Shown piece after piece: positions 1-9,891 of a stretch of 64,000 bases of DNA (position 1 is its first letter; each line of letters begins with the position of its first letter). The position numbers were made by a program, and so were the translations under genes. This DNA comes from Escherichia phage UE-S1. Below the pieces are notes generated by a model, which worked only from the letters and a program-made list of their open reading frames with translations, did no database searches and was not told the origin of the DNA. The stretch lies in sequence record ON568341.1, one strand, 5' to 3'.

Positions 1-50
1 TGATTCATATTAGTTCCATAAATATTAGTATAAATTTATACCTATTATTT

Positions 51-1043
51 ATGGAAGGAAAAACTATGGCTCATCACGGCGTGTTTATGTACCCTTATAA
101 TCAGGAAGTATCATTGGGCAATTTTAATATGCCATTTAGTAATGAAAAACTAACTATCTATCGAGGGGCAAATAATAATTTATCTTTTACTGTTCACAAC
201 GCTGATGGAAAATATACTTTATTGAAAGATAATGAATATCTTACATTTATGATTTTTGATGCACGAAATAATACTAAACTATTTGATGTTGTATTGGAAA
301 AGCAAGAACCAAGTTGGTTATCAGAAAGTGGTCAAGCTCGTCAAACATTGGGAAATAAAAAGAAAGTATACTATGGATGTATTGTTCCAGCAGGAGTTAT
401 TCAAGATACCAGTCCTGGTTCTAAATATAGATGGAGCATTACTAAAGTAACTATGGATGGTTCACTTATAGAACCAACACAATATCTATACACTGGAATG
501 AACTTTGAGGCATCAGCGGAGCTAATAATTTCAGACCAAGCAGCCCCAGTATTTGTTCCTAGTACTGAAATATCTACAGACAAAAATTCAGCCTGGACAT
601 CAATAAAGCGTTTATATAATGAACCAATTGGTAATGGTATGATAGGTGAGTATGATATACTCGCATCAACTCCACTTCCAGCACAAATGCAGTATGGGTT
701 GGTTGATGGGCTAAGTAGCATTGCAATCTATTTTGATAAATTCATTGGAAGAATACAGTTACAAGGATGTTTGTGTAATAATGTACCTAATGATAATGAA
801 AATTATAAATGGTTTATAATCAAATTAGATGGAAAGGATTATATTGAAAATGGGATTGATATTGATGGATTTCCAAAAGAACTTGATGGTATTCAAGCAT
901 TTAATTTCAAAGGAAATTATATGTGGTTGCGAATCGTAGTAGCAATTCATCCTAAAAATGTTCCAGTACCATACGACTATGCTGCTGTGCGAAAAGTGTA
1001 TGATCCTTTATTAACTGTACCTAAAATTTTGATTCGCAGGTGA
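51..1043 (+). CDS. hypothetical protein (330 aa)
   Basis: Long ORF in six-frame track, ATG start, co-directional with neighbours; no motif recognised. Confidence 0.55.
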   Translation: MEGKTMAHHGVFMYPYNQEVSLGNFNMPFSNEKLTIYRGANNNLSFTVHNADGKYTLLKDNEYLTFMIFDARNNTKLFDVVLEKQEPSWLSESGQARQTLGNKKKVYYGCIVPAGVIQDTSPGSKYRWSITKVTMDGSLIEPTQYLYTGMNFEASAELIISDQAAPVFVPSTEISTDKNSAWTSIKRLYNEPIGNGMIGEYDILASTPLPAQMQYGLVDGLSSIAIYFDKFIGRIQLQGCLCNNVPNDNENYKWFIIKLDGKDYIENGIDIDGFPKELDGIQAFNFKGNYMWLRIVVAIHPKNVPVPYDYAAVRKVYDPLLTVPKILIRR

Positions 1044-1069
1044 GACAAAATTAGAAGGTGTGCTATAAT
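1041..1069 (+). promoter_or_regulatory. candidate promoter with extended -10 (TGcTATAAT), weak -35
   Basis: tgcTATAAT at about 1061-1069, 30 bp upstream of primase start; -35 only weakly TTGACA-like. Confidence 0.35.
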
Positions 1070-1098
1070 CATTTGTAAGAAAAGACAAGGATTAACTT

Positions 1099-2154
1099 AT
1101 GAACGCTGTACAAAACATAATGGCACAAATAATGAATGATCCAGTACCTTCAATTGGTACATGGTCACATCACAATTGTCCCGCTTGTGTGTTCAGAGGA
1201 CATTCAAGGCCGGATACAAAGCACCGTGGTAATCATATGTTCAATGCAGATGGTTCCGTATCATATAACTGCTTTAACTGTAGTTTAAAAACGGGTTGGC
1301 AGCCTGGAAAATATATGAGCAAAGATATGGAGTCTTTGCTCATTTCTTTTGGTGCACAAGATAAAGAAATAGAATTAGTTAAGTTTTATATTAAAGAAAT
1401 GGTTGATAGTGGAGATTACGCTACACAAGAAACGGTTGTATCAAAATTATATGATAGAATAACTGTGCGTGATTTACCATCAAATGCTAAAACATTTTGG
1501 GAATGGGCTTCGTTACCAGAAGACAAAATTCCCCGAGAATTTTTGAGTGTTTTGCATAACGTCAATGAAAGAAACCCATACTTATTAGATTTAGAATTAT
1601 ATTGGTCACCCAATAAAGAACATAAAATGTATGATAGATTTATTATTCCTTATTTCATGAATGGGAAAATCATTGGATACACAGCAAGACACAAATTAAA
1701 AGATCCCGGAAGTACATACAGGTTTATAAATCAAGTAAGTACAAATATACTATATAATTATGATTTATTAAAAGATGATAGAATAAAAACAATTTTAGTA
1801 TGTGAAGGGCCGTTGGATGCTGCATTGATGGGTGGAGTATCTGCAAATAACTTTAAACTATCCAATGTACAAATTGATGTATTAAAAGATGCACAACAAA
1901 AAGGTAAAAAAGTAGTTATTGTTCCAGACCGAGACAAAGATGGGTTAATAACAATAGAACAAGCACTTGAAAATGGATTCAGTGTGTCGTTCCCAGACTT
2001 TGGTGCAGTTAGAGAAGGGAGTACTATACGTCACATCAAAGATTTCGAAGAAGCGTGTTCACGTTTTGGAAGGTTATTTTGCTTGCAATTAATACACGAT
2101 AGTATAGTAGATGAGCCATTTTATATAAAAGCTCAAACAGAAAAATGGATGTAA
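1099..2154 (+). CDS. DNA primase (DnaG / T4 gp61-like)
   Basis: N-terminal Cys-rich zinc-binding region (CPAC ... NCFNC); TOPRIM-like motifs ILVCEGPLDA and VVIVPDRDKDG; immediately upstream of replicative helicase. Confidence 0.8.
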   Translation: MNAVQNIMAQIMNDPVPSIGTWSHHNCPACVFRGHSRPDTKHRGNHMFNADGSVSYNCFNCSLKTGWQPGKYMSKDMESLLISFGAQDKEIELVKFYIKEMVDSGDYATQETVVSKLYDRITVRDLPSNAKTFWEWASLPEDKIPREFLSVLHNVNERNPYLLDLELYWSPNKEHKMYDRFIIPYFMNGKIIGYTARHKLKDPGSTYRFINQVSTNILYNYDLLKDDRIKTILVCEGPLDAALMGGVSANNFKLSNVQIDVLKDAQQKGKKVVIVPDRDKDGLITIEQALENGFSVSFPDFGAVREGSTIRHIKDFEEACSRFGRLFCLQLIHDSIVDEPFYIKAQTEKWM

Positions 2155-2176
2155 TACATATAATGAGGGAACATAG

Positions 2177-3697
2177 ATGATTCAAAGCACAATGGATGTG
2201 AAACAATATGGGATTAATGCACAACAATACTTATTATCTCAGATTTTCAGTAATCCTGATTTATATGTACGTTGTAAAAATATCCTTAAACCTGAATATT
2301 TTGATAAAACATTTCATGAAAGTATTAAGTACGTTCATGATTATGCAGCAAAATATAGTTCATCACCAACTTTAAAAGATATTGAAGTTAAAGGTGGTTA
2401 TCAATACGACCAATATGAAGTTCAAGAATTACATAAACAATCAGTACTGGATACATGTGGTGAATTTTGCCGACACAAAGCATTAGCATTAGCTGTGGAA
2501 AAGGGAATGGAACTTGTCCATCAGAAAAAATATGGTGGGATAGAAGAACTAATTCGTGAAGCAATGCTGGTAACTGTACAGAATGAGTTAGGTTTGGACA
2601 TTTTTGAAAATCCAGAAGATACTATTCGTTCACTAAGTTCAATGCAAGGGTCATTTAAGAGTGGATGGGAAACACTTGATTACAAACTTTTCGGTGGCTT
2701 TGGGCGTAGAGAGTTAGAGATTTTTGCGGCTGCATCAGGTGGTGGTAAATCAGTAGTATTGCAAAATTTAGCAGTTAACTTTGCTAAAGCTGGAATGAAT
2801 GGTGCATACATCTCTCTAGAACTAGCTGAAGAGTTAGTTGCGGTTCGTATTTATGGTATGATGACTGAATCGAAACTCAGTAACGTAAAAAATGAAGCTG
2901 AAAAGATTGGATTTGCTGTTAAAGTTGAAGGTAAAAACAGTGGTATGTTGCGTATTAAACGCTTACCTGAATCTGTGACAACAACGGACGATATCGAAAG
3001 TTATCTACGTGAATTACAAATTAAGATGGAAATCAAACTTGATTATGTATGTGTGGACTATTTGGACCTATTAACTTCTAATCGTCTTGGACCAAATGAT
3101 AAATCCAATACATTTACTAAAGATAAATTTGTATCAGAAGAATTACGTGCTCTTGCATCAAAAATGGATTTGACTGTATTCACGGCATCTCAGTTTAACC
3201 GTAGTGGCATGGACGAAGATAAGAAAAGTCAAAGTCAGATTGCTGGTGGTATTTCAAAAATTTATACTGCGGATAACGTAATTTATATTGAAGCAAAAAA
3301 AGACACTGGGGAATTATGGTTTGATTTTCAAAAAACACGTAACAGTAGTGCAGTAGGTTCTCGCTTACGTATGTCCTATGATATTGACTCATTGCGAGTT
3401 CTTGATCACGCAATTACAGTACAACAAATGGAAACAGAAGGTAACGGATTCCGTCACAGTGGTGTTTCTAAGATTGGTGGAGGAAATATGGCATTACCTC
3501 CTAGTACAATGCAAACATTGCGTCATACGCTTTCTGGTACATCAAATTCATTATCTACACAACCAAACAAACAAGTATTACTAAATACTGAGAGTGCTCC
3601 TAACACAACAACACAAAATGAATTACAGCCCCCGCAGCCACATGCAGGTTCTGAACGTGTTCATGCAATGAAGCAATGGTTAAATCAAAGGAAATGA
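2177..3697 (+). CDS. replicative DNA helicase (DnaB / T4 gp41-like)
   Basis: Walker A AASGGGKS, Walker B-like CVDYLDLL, RecA-fold layout typical of DnaB family; adjacent to primase. Confidence 0.8.
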   Translation: MIQSTMDVKQYGINAQQYLLSQIFSNPDLYVRCKNILKPEYFDKTFHESIKYVHDYAAKYSSSPTLKDIEVKGGYQYDQYEVQELHKQSVLDTCGEFCRHKALALAVEKGMELVHQKKYGGIEELIREAMLVTVQNELGLDIFENPEDTIRSLSSMQGSFKSGWETLDYKLFGGFGRRELEIFAAASGGGKSVVLQNLAVNFAKAGMNGAYISLELAEELVAVRIYGMMTESKLSNVKNEAEKIGFAVKVEGKNSGMLRIKRLPESVTTTDDIESYLRELQIKMEIKLDYVCVDYLDLLTSNRLGPNDKSNTFTKDKFVSEELRALASKMDLTVFTASQFNRSGMDEDKKSQSQIAGGISKIYTADNVIYIEAKKDTGELWFDFQKTRNSSAVGSRLRMSYDIDSLRVLDHAITVQQMETEGNGFRHSGVSKIGGGNMALPPSTMQTLRHTLSGTSNSLSTQPNKQVLLNTESAPNTTTQNELQPPQPHAGSERVHAMKQWLNQRK

Positions 3698-3700
3698 TAA

Positions 3701-3973
3701 ATGTCTAGTAAATCCAATAAAAAGAATCTACTTGATAGTATAGTTGACTATACCCCAGAGAAAGATACGTTACAGAGTTTTAGTAATCGTGCAGACCATG
3801 CAATAAACTCTGTGATTCATTTGTTGGAGAGCATTGAAGATGAATTTAACCAAACTGATGCTGAAGATTTGAAAAAGCGTTTATTTCTAAGTATAAAAAA
3901 CCGAGATTATAAAAAGTTTCAAAAAGGGTTAGAGAATATAGCACTTGATGAAAAACGTAATAAGGGTCATTAA
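3701..3973 (+). CDS. hypothetical protein (90 aa)
   Basis: ORF packed between helicase and next gene, ATG 4 nt after helicase stop. Confidence 0.45.
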   Translation: MSSKSNKKNLLDSIVDYTPEKDTLQSFSNRADHAINSVIHLLESIEDEFNQTDAEDLKKRLFLSIKNRDYKKFQKGLENIALDEKRNKGH

Positions 3974-3974
3974 T

Positions 3975-4139
3975 ATGAAGAAAAAGAATATTAAAGAGAA
4001 TGCATCCACAGCATCTACTTCGGCAGGTGCAATTGCATCTGTCAGCACTGGTTTACATTATCCATTACATCGTAGATTGCCTCCAACTAACTTCTTTGGG
4101 TATAAAGTAGTAGAGATAAAAGATAAGGATAAAGAATGA
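3975..4139 (+). CDS. hypothetical small protein
   Basis: Track ORF 3945-4139; internal ATG at 3975 avoids overlap with upstream gene. Confidence 0.35.
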   Translation: MKKKNIKENASTASTSAGAIASVSTGLHYPLHRRLPPTNFFGYKVVEIKDKDKE

Positions 4140-4528
4140 AACCCTATACTTTCTACACGATACATACTGTAGTAGATATTGGTGACGGTAAAACCCCAAC
4201 AATCATAGATTCAAAATTCACTGGTGCTATGAACTTGTCTAGATTGTTGGAAGCAATTATGGTATATGATTATCCTATGATGGTAAGTGTTGTTAAAAAT
4301 GAAGTTGATTTATATAAAGATAATAATTCATCTTTTTATAATATACCAATTACATGGGGTAAATGTACAATAAGCACATTTAAATTCGCTATACCAATGG
4401 ATGTTGAACTTCGATTACATGGTATTCCATTAGTTCTACCAACTGAACTAAATGGAAAACGAATAACTAAATTTATCACATCTGGTGATGATATCAACAT
4501 TAGCATCAGTAAACAGACCTTTTCTTAA
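4136..4528 (+). CDS. hypothetical protein (130 aa)
   Basis: ORF with ATGA stop/start overlap with upstream ORF; followed by T-rich tract. Confidence 0.45.
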   Translation: MKPYTFYTIHTVVDIGDGKTPTIIDSKFTGAMNLSRLLEAIMVYDYPMMVSVVKNEVDLYKDNNSSFYNIPITWGKCTISTFKFAIPMDVELRLHGIPLVLPTELNGKRITKFITSGDDINISISKQTFS

Positions 4529-4585
4529 TTGTGATAAATATCATAAAGCAAGACAGAGGTCTTTTTTATTTTTTATGGAGAAAAT

Positions 4586-5530
4586 ATGGATATAAACCAA
4601 ACAGCAACAGAACTTCAAAAGTTCGCAGACGCACATAATTTGAATGTTGATGTTTCTGTCATTCTTGATAATATGGATGCAGGTGATTTCATTACTTTAA
4701 ATTCTGCGATTGATAATTCCGATAATCGTGAAATATTTCAAATTTTGCAAAAATATAAAGCACAGATGAGTGAGTGTTATGAATATTTCAGTACTAATAA
4801 TTTGAATAAACATATCAATGAAAGTACTGAGCTACATAGCATTGTTGATGCAATGACTCTAAAGCAACTGGAAGAGACATACACTAAAAAATATACTTAT
4901 TCTGATACATCGAAGCTAACTACCCAAGAATTAAAAGCGATTGTATTTGAAGATTTTCAAAATCAAGCAACTCAAATGCAATCTAAGCAAATTGCTAAAA
5001 TGAATGTTTCACAAGGACAACAGCAAGTTAATCCACAAACTCAAGCGAAAATAAAACAGGCTGAGTTACAAAGGAACGCTAATAATATGAAAGTTAGTGT
5101 TCCGGGAACACAAAGCGGTACTGATTCAGTAGAACCTGTTGTTGGTGTAGATCCAGGTCAAACACCAGAGCAAACATTGGTAATTACTAAAAGCGGTACT
5201 AAACCAAATGAGTTAAATGTTTTCCCATTGAATGATGTTAATCCTATCGATAACCAAAATAATCCAATACGTGAGGAAAAATCCCCACAAGAAATTAACA
5301 GTGAACTAATGGGAGATGCAAGCTTAGAGCCTGATAGTAATCCTGATTCACCATCACCATTATCATATCATGCACCTGGTATGGGTGAAATGATTCATGC
5401 TATTTCTGATATTGAAAAGGAAGATGATATTTATGGTGATGAAAGTGTAATGGCAAATCAGTCGCAATCTGATAATGATGATATGGTAGATCAAATTATT
5501 GATTATTGTCATCGTATGCGAGGTCGCTAA
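4586..5530 (+). CDS. hypothetical acidic Q/N-rich protein (314 aa)
   Basis: Long ORF, low-complexity acidic C-terminal half; no catalytic motif recognised. Confidence 0.5.
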   Translation: MDINQTATELQKFADAHNLNVDVSVILDNMDAGDFITLNSAIDNSDNREIFQILQKYKAQMSECYEYFSTNNLNKHINESTELHSIVDAMTLKQLEETYTKKYTYSDTSKLTTQELKAIVFEDFQNQATQMQSKQIAKMNVSQGQQQVNPQTQAKIKQAELQRNANNMKVSVPGTQSGTDSVEPVVGVDPGQTPEQTLVITKSGTKPNELNVFPLNDVNPIDNQNNPIREEKSPQEINSELMGDASLEPDSNPDSPSPLSYHAPGMGEMIHAISDIEKEDDIYGDESVMANQSQSDNDDMVDQIIDYCHRMRGR

Positions 5531-5748
5531 TGAGAACAGTACTGAATGTGTATGGTCATAATACGATGGTTTCCAATGAAGAATACAAACTATTACAAAA
5601 GATAAAAGCACGTGATACTGTTCCAGTTGAAAAGGTTAATGAATATTATCAAGAACTTGCTGATAAAATGGTATCACGCGGTGTTCTAAATAAAATAGAA
5701 AATGGTGATGGTACTGAATCATATCAAACAGTTAGGAGTAGTAAATGA
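5530..5748 (+). CDS. hypothetical small protein
   Basis: Track ORF 5506-5748; internal in-frame ATG at 5530 overlaps upstream stop. Confidence 0.4.
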   Translation: MRTVLNVYGHNTMVSNEEYKLLQKIKARDTVPVEKVNEYYQELADKMVSRGVLNKIENGDGTESYQTVRSSK

Positions 5749-6422
5749 ATTACGAATATGATCAACAATCAGTCAATCAGATGGCTGATTTGTTAAGTGG
5801 TCTTAATGATATTGAAGCTGGTGAGACACACAATGCGGCAGGTGTACCATATAAAGCTAGTGGTGATATTGGTGCAATGACCGCTATTTTAACTTCATTA
5901 AATGAAGCGGGTATGGACTATGGTACTGAACCCGAACCTACACATCCGAACGTAGTGCCATATAACGCACCATTTAACGAACACATGAATGGACAACCAT
6001 ATGTTCAGCCTATGGTACATCGTTCACCTCCTAAACCGAAAACCAACTGGAGTTTAGTTGAAGAAAAGGTACAAGGTACGAAATCTACTAAAGTTTATAG
6101 CATTAAGTGTAACCATAGTTCACAAATTATCATGAATAATATTATGATGTATGAAGCAGCACTTACTTTAGTTAACCTTCTTAACGAAGGGAGAATGTTG
6201 ACAGATGCTAAAATTCTTGGTATAATTAGTTCGGGTTTGCAATATACAAATGTTATAAGCGAAGCATTAAAAGCAGCCCATAAACGCCAACGTGTACTTA
6301 ATGAATCAAAGTATGATGAAGCAAAAGATTTAGATATAATCATTGCAGAAAAGAAAGCAGAAGCTTATAAATTAAAAGAGCGTGTGTTAAACTTTCTTAA
6401 AAATGAAGGGTATATCACTTGA
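5745..6422 (+). CDS. hypothetical protein (225 aa)
   Basis: ORF, start overlaps previous stop. Confidence 0.5.
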   Translation: MNYEYDQQSVNQMADLLSGLNDIEAGETHNAAGVPYKASGDIGAMTAILTSLNEAGMDYGTEPEPTHPNVVPYNAPFNEHMNGQPYVQPMVHRSPPKPKTNWSLVEEKVQGTKSTKVYSIKCNHSSQIIMNNIMMYEAALTLVNLLNEGRMLTDAKILGIISSGLQYTNVISEALKAAHKRQRVLNESKYDEAKDLDIIIAEKKAEAYKLKERVLNFLKNEGYIT

Positions 6423-8170
6423 TTATAGATGAATTGAAGAAATTCTTAAAAAGCAAAAACAAAAAAACATGGGTTAAGTTGGTAAACAATAATGAAGTAT
6501 ATTTTAAATATGTTCGTGAATTGTTCCCAACTAAACCCATGAATGAAGCATTATATCTTATAATGAACGATATGGTATGTGCACCATCTGCCCCATGTGG
6601 TTCTGAATGTAAATTTATTAATGGTTCATATGATAAGTATTGTTCTAAACCAACAAAACCAAACAAAAATCGTGATAATGGTTTTTGTGTAGTATGTAAT
6701 GAACATTGGAAGAACACCAAACTCAAAACTACTAAACAAAAATGCATTGATACTTATGGAGTCGAATACCATTGGCAAAGAAATGATGTAAAGGACAAAA
6801 TAAAAAGTACTAATATGAAACGATATGGTGTTGAACACAATTCACATATCGAACATGTTCTTGAAAAACGAAAGGAAACTTTCATTAAAAGATATGGTGT
6901 TGAATCACCTTTGGCATCTGTTGAAATTCGTGATAAGATAAAAGCAACAAACATTGAAAAATATGGTGTTGAAAATTATGGAAGTACTGATGAATGTATA
7001 GAAAAACGAAATAAAACAATGATGGATTTGTATGGTGTTAATAATGCACAACATGTAACGAAATTTTTAAATGAATCAAAGGTTACGAAAGCTAAAATTA
7101 GGTATGATAAAATTTTATCTATTATTAACCCTTCATATAAAGAACTTTTTGAATATGATGACTTAATTGATTCTACTAATGAAAGTAAACTTCCGTATTA
7201 TTGTGAAATACACAAAGGGTTGTTTTATAGTAATTATAAATATGGTATAGTTTGTAGTGTTTGTAATCCACCCGTGTATAGTTCCATACAAAATGAAATA
7301 AAGAATTTTGTGTCAACATTGACTGAATGTGACATTATTATGAATGATCGAAGTAATGGGTATGAATATGATATATACATCCCTGAACTTCAGATAGCAA
7401 TAGAAGTTAATGGTATGTATTGGCACAAAAGTGATATGGTTGATAAGTATTATCATAGGGCAAAAACAATAAATTCAATCGAACGTGGTATTAGATTGAT
7501 ACATATATTTGAAGATGAATGGTACAGTAAACAGAAAATTATTAAAAATAGATTAATGAACGTTTTTCAATGTTCTAGTAAGATTTATGCCAGAAAATGT
7601 ATTGTTAAAAAAATCAATACAAATATTTGTTATGATTTCCTAAACACTAATCATATACAAGGATATACTAGAACTGGAATAAACTATGGTTTGTTTTATA
7701 AACAAGAACTGGTTGCAGTAATGACGTTCAGTAAAAGTCGATATGATAAAAAATTTGAATATGAGCTAATACGATACTGCTCACGTGGAACTGTTGTTGG
7801 TGGTGCTGGTAAATTATTGTCTGCATTTGAGCGTGATTACAAACCATTGTCGTTGATGAGCTACGCAGACTTGAATTGGGGTTCTGGACAGTTATACATA
7901 TCTCTTAACTTTGAAAATTTAGGATATACAGAACCAAAATATTTTTATTATGATCCAAAAACAAAACAGCGTTTTTCTAGACAAAAATTTAGAAAACATA
8001 AATTGATTGAAATGGGATACAACTCATCTAAAACCGAAGAAGAGATATGCTTGGGTGAAATTGGATTGTATAAAATATACGATTCTGGCAATTGTAAATT
8101 TGCTAAATATTATTACAACATAAACATTACAGGAGATATTGAAAAATGTCCAAATCGTACAAAAAACTAA
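6419..8170 (+). CDS. multidomain protein: Cys-rich N-terminus, tandem KxYGVE repeats, Vsr/DUF559-like PD-(D/E)XK nuclease core, C-terminal region with GNAT-like R-x-x-G-x-G/A motif; putative homing-endonuclease-like protein
   Basis: About 5 tandem repeats ending in (K/R)YGV(E/N); segment YEYDIYIPELQIAIEVNGMYWH resembles the Vsr/DUF559 endonuclease core; C-terminal RGTVVGGAGKLL resembles the GNAT acetyl-CoA motif. Confidence 0.4.
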   Translation: MIIDELKKFLKSKNKKTWVKLVNNNEVYFKYVRELFPTKPMNEALYLIMNDMVCAPSAPCGSECKFINGSYDKYCSKPTKPNKNRDNGFCVVCNEHWKNTKLKTTKQKCIDTYGVEYHWQRNDVKDKIKSTNMKRYGVEHNSHIEHVLEKRKETFIKRYGVESPLASVEIRDKIKATNIEKYGVENYGSTDECIEKRNKTMMDLYGVNNAQHVTKFLNESKVTKAKIRYDKILSIINPSYKELFEYDDLIDSTNESKLPYYCEIHKGLFYSNYKYGIVCSVCNPPVYSSIQNEIKNFVSTLTECDIIMNDRSNGYEYDIYIPELQIAIEVNGMYWHKSDMVDKYYHRAKTINSIERGIRLIHIFEDEWYSKQKIIKNRLMNVFQCSSKIYARKCIVKKINTNICYDFLNTNHIQGYTRTGINYGLFYKQELVAVMTFSKSRYDKKFEYELIRYCSRGTVVGGAGKLLSAFERDYKPLSLMSYADLNWGSGQLYISLNFENLGYTEPKYFYYDPKTKQRFSRQKFRKHKLIEMGYNSSKTEEEICLGEIGLYKIYDSGNCKFAKYYYNINITGDIEKCPNRTKN

Positions 8171-8306
8171 TGGAAACTGCTTCTCGTGCTGAAGCAATGA
8201 AATTCATTAAATTGAATGAATCTAATATTGAAAAGGCAGAAATTGTCCTTTCAGTTAAAGGTGAAATTGTTGATAAATTACAACGTCAATCAGAGGTTTT
8301 AATAAC

Positions 8307-8780
8307 ATGGGTGTTGACGTATTAGGCCCACTACTAGATCGTATTAAAGCAGAACAAGGTCTAGATGCTGCTCAAAATTTTAGTGATAATGTTCGTCATC
8401 TACTACAACATGCTGTAGCCACTTTGATGGATGTAAAAGATAAAATCAGTACAGAAACACTTAAATTAACTGGTGATATTACCGATGGTCCTGATGTTTC
8501 TGATATTGGCAGTGAAGACGTTGATATTGATATTGCCGCCGACACACCAACTTTTGATATGGATGCTGATGCAGATTTTGATGATGATATTATTTCTGAA
8601 CCAGTTCCAACTGAGCGTGAAATGAAAGAATCAGTAAAACCACGTAAAGTTGGAGTAAAAATGGAAAGTATTCGTGGTACTGTAGGTACTAAATACTTTA
8701 GTTCAAAAGATGAAATGAAAACTTGGCTCTCTGAGAATGAAAAGAAAGTCAAACGTGTTCTAGGATATGTTAAAAAATAA
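8307..8780 (+). CDS. hypothetical acidic protein (157 aa)
   Basis: ORF with Asp-rich central segment. Confidence 0.45.
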   Translation: MGVDVLGPLLDRIKAEQGLDAAQNFSDNVRHLLQHAVATLMDVKDKISTETLKLTGDITDGPDVSDIGSEDVDIDIAADTPTFDMDADADFDDDIISEPVPTEREMKESVKPRKVGVKMESIRGTVGTKYFSSKDEMKTWLSENEKKVKRVLGYVKK

Positions 8781-8796
8781 TTAAGGACAAATCTAC

Positions 8797-9132
8797 ATGA
8801 GATTTAGTGATCTTACTGAAGAGGCTCCTGGTAAGGATATACGCAATATGATTACTACTATTGCGTTGTCTTTGATGTCAACGGGCCGAGAAGATGTAAA
8901 TGTTCAATCTTTGATTTCTGAAATCAAAAAGAGAACTAATATTGATGTTCCATACAATGTAATGATGGATATTTTGAATTCCCTTCCTTTTGTACAGGAT
9001 GCCAATTCTGATGTTGTAACTTTTGTTGGAAATTCAGCAGACGGTTCAGGTGAATTAGAACAAGATTCTGAAGATCAAGTTGAAGATTGGGCAACAAAAG
9101 CTGCGGTGTCAGCAAATAAACAAAAAAACTGA
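8797..9132 (+). CDS. hypothetical protein (111 aa)
   Basis: ORF in track, co-directional. Confidence 0.45.
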   Translation: MRFSDLTEEAPGKDIRNMITTIALSLMSTGREDVNVQSLISEIKKRTNIDVPYNVMMDILNSLPFVQDANSDVVTFVGNSADGSGELEQDSEDQVEDWATKAAVSANKQKN

Positions 9133-9171
9133 GACAAATAGAAATATAATGCTATAATTAGGAGTACACGG

Positions 9172-9891
9172 ATGTACACACCACCAATTGTTAGCAGATA
9201 TACATATGTTGGTTATAATAGAATTGAAGGCGGCCCAGATGGTCGCCTTTATTCAACTCCAACGGGTAATCTGCCGTCAGTAACAACAATTCTAAGTGCT
9301 ACCTCAAATGATGAGGGATTAAAGAAGTGGAGAGAATTTGTTGGTGAAGAAAAGGCTAATGAAATTACATTAGAAGCATGTACTGTTGGTACTTTTATGC
9401 ATGAGAACTTAGAATTTAGACTAGAAGGTAAACCAGATCATGAAGGTGGGATGCCAATACGAGTTCTTGCACGTAGAATGGCTGATAAGATTCAGCAAGA
9501 GGCGTGGCCTAGAATTAATGAAGTGTGGGGACAGGAAGTCCCATTATACTATGAAGGGTTATGGGCTGGAACTACAGACCTAGTGGGCGTTCATGATGGA
9601 ATCCCCACTATTATGGATTATAAAAATTCCCGTAAGGTTAAAAAGTGGTCACAAATTGAAAATTATCGTATGCAGATTGCAGCGTATGCATTAGCACATA
9701 ATCAAATGTTTGGGACGAATATTGATCGTGGTGTGATTTTCATCTGTGTAAGAAAAGATCCTAATAATCTACAATATCAAGAGTTTGTTATTGAAGGACA
9801 AGACTTCAAGGATGCTGTTAATATGTGGATTGAGCGTGTAGAGCAATACTATATTTTGCGTGGAGAAATTGAATCAAATGGAGCAGCATAA
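9172..9891 (+). CDS. putative PD-(D/E)XK nuclease (RecB/Cas4-family-like)
   Basis: Motifs in order: GTTDLVGVHDG, IMDYKNSRK (D/E-x-K), RMQIAAYALA (QxxxY), as in RecB-family nuclease cores. Confidence 0.45.
   Translation: MYTPPIVSRYTYVGYNRIEGGPDGRLYSTPTGNLPSVTTILSATSNDEGLKKWREFVGEEKANEITLEACTVGTFMHENLEFRLEGKPDHEGGMPIRVLARRMADKIQQEAWPRINEVWGQEVPLYYEGLWAGTTDLVGVHDGIPTIMDYKNSRKVKKWSQIENYRMQIAAYALAHNQMFGTNIDRGVIFICVRKDPNNLQYQEFVIEGQDFKDAVNMWIERVEQYYILRGEIESNGAA

Noticed and set aside
401-721. Minus-strand ORFs nested inside long plus-strand genes (for example 401-721, 1416-1613, 8396-8752, 25329-25808, 27467-27703, 40041-40313, 51709-51984)
   Set aside because: They lie antisense within ORFs that carry clear conserved motifs and have no RBS or promoter context; treated as shadow ORFs typical of AT-rich sequence.
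4529-4585. Terminator after ORF 4136-4528 (AGACagagGTCT followed by TTTTTTATTTTTT)
   Set aside because: The stem is only 4 bp; the T-tract may simply be AT-rich spacer, so it is not listed as a feature.
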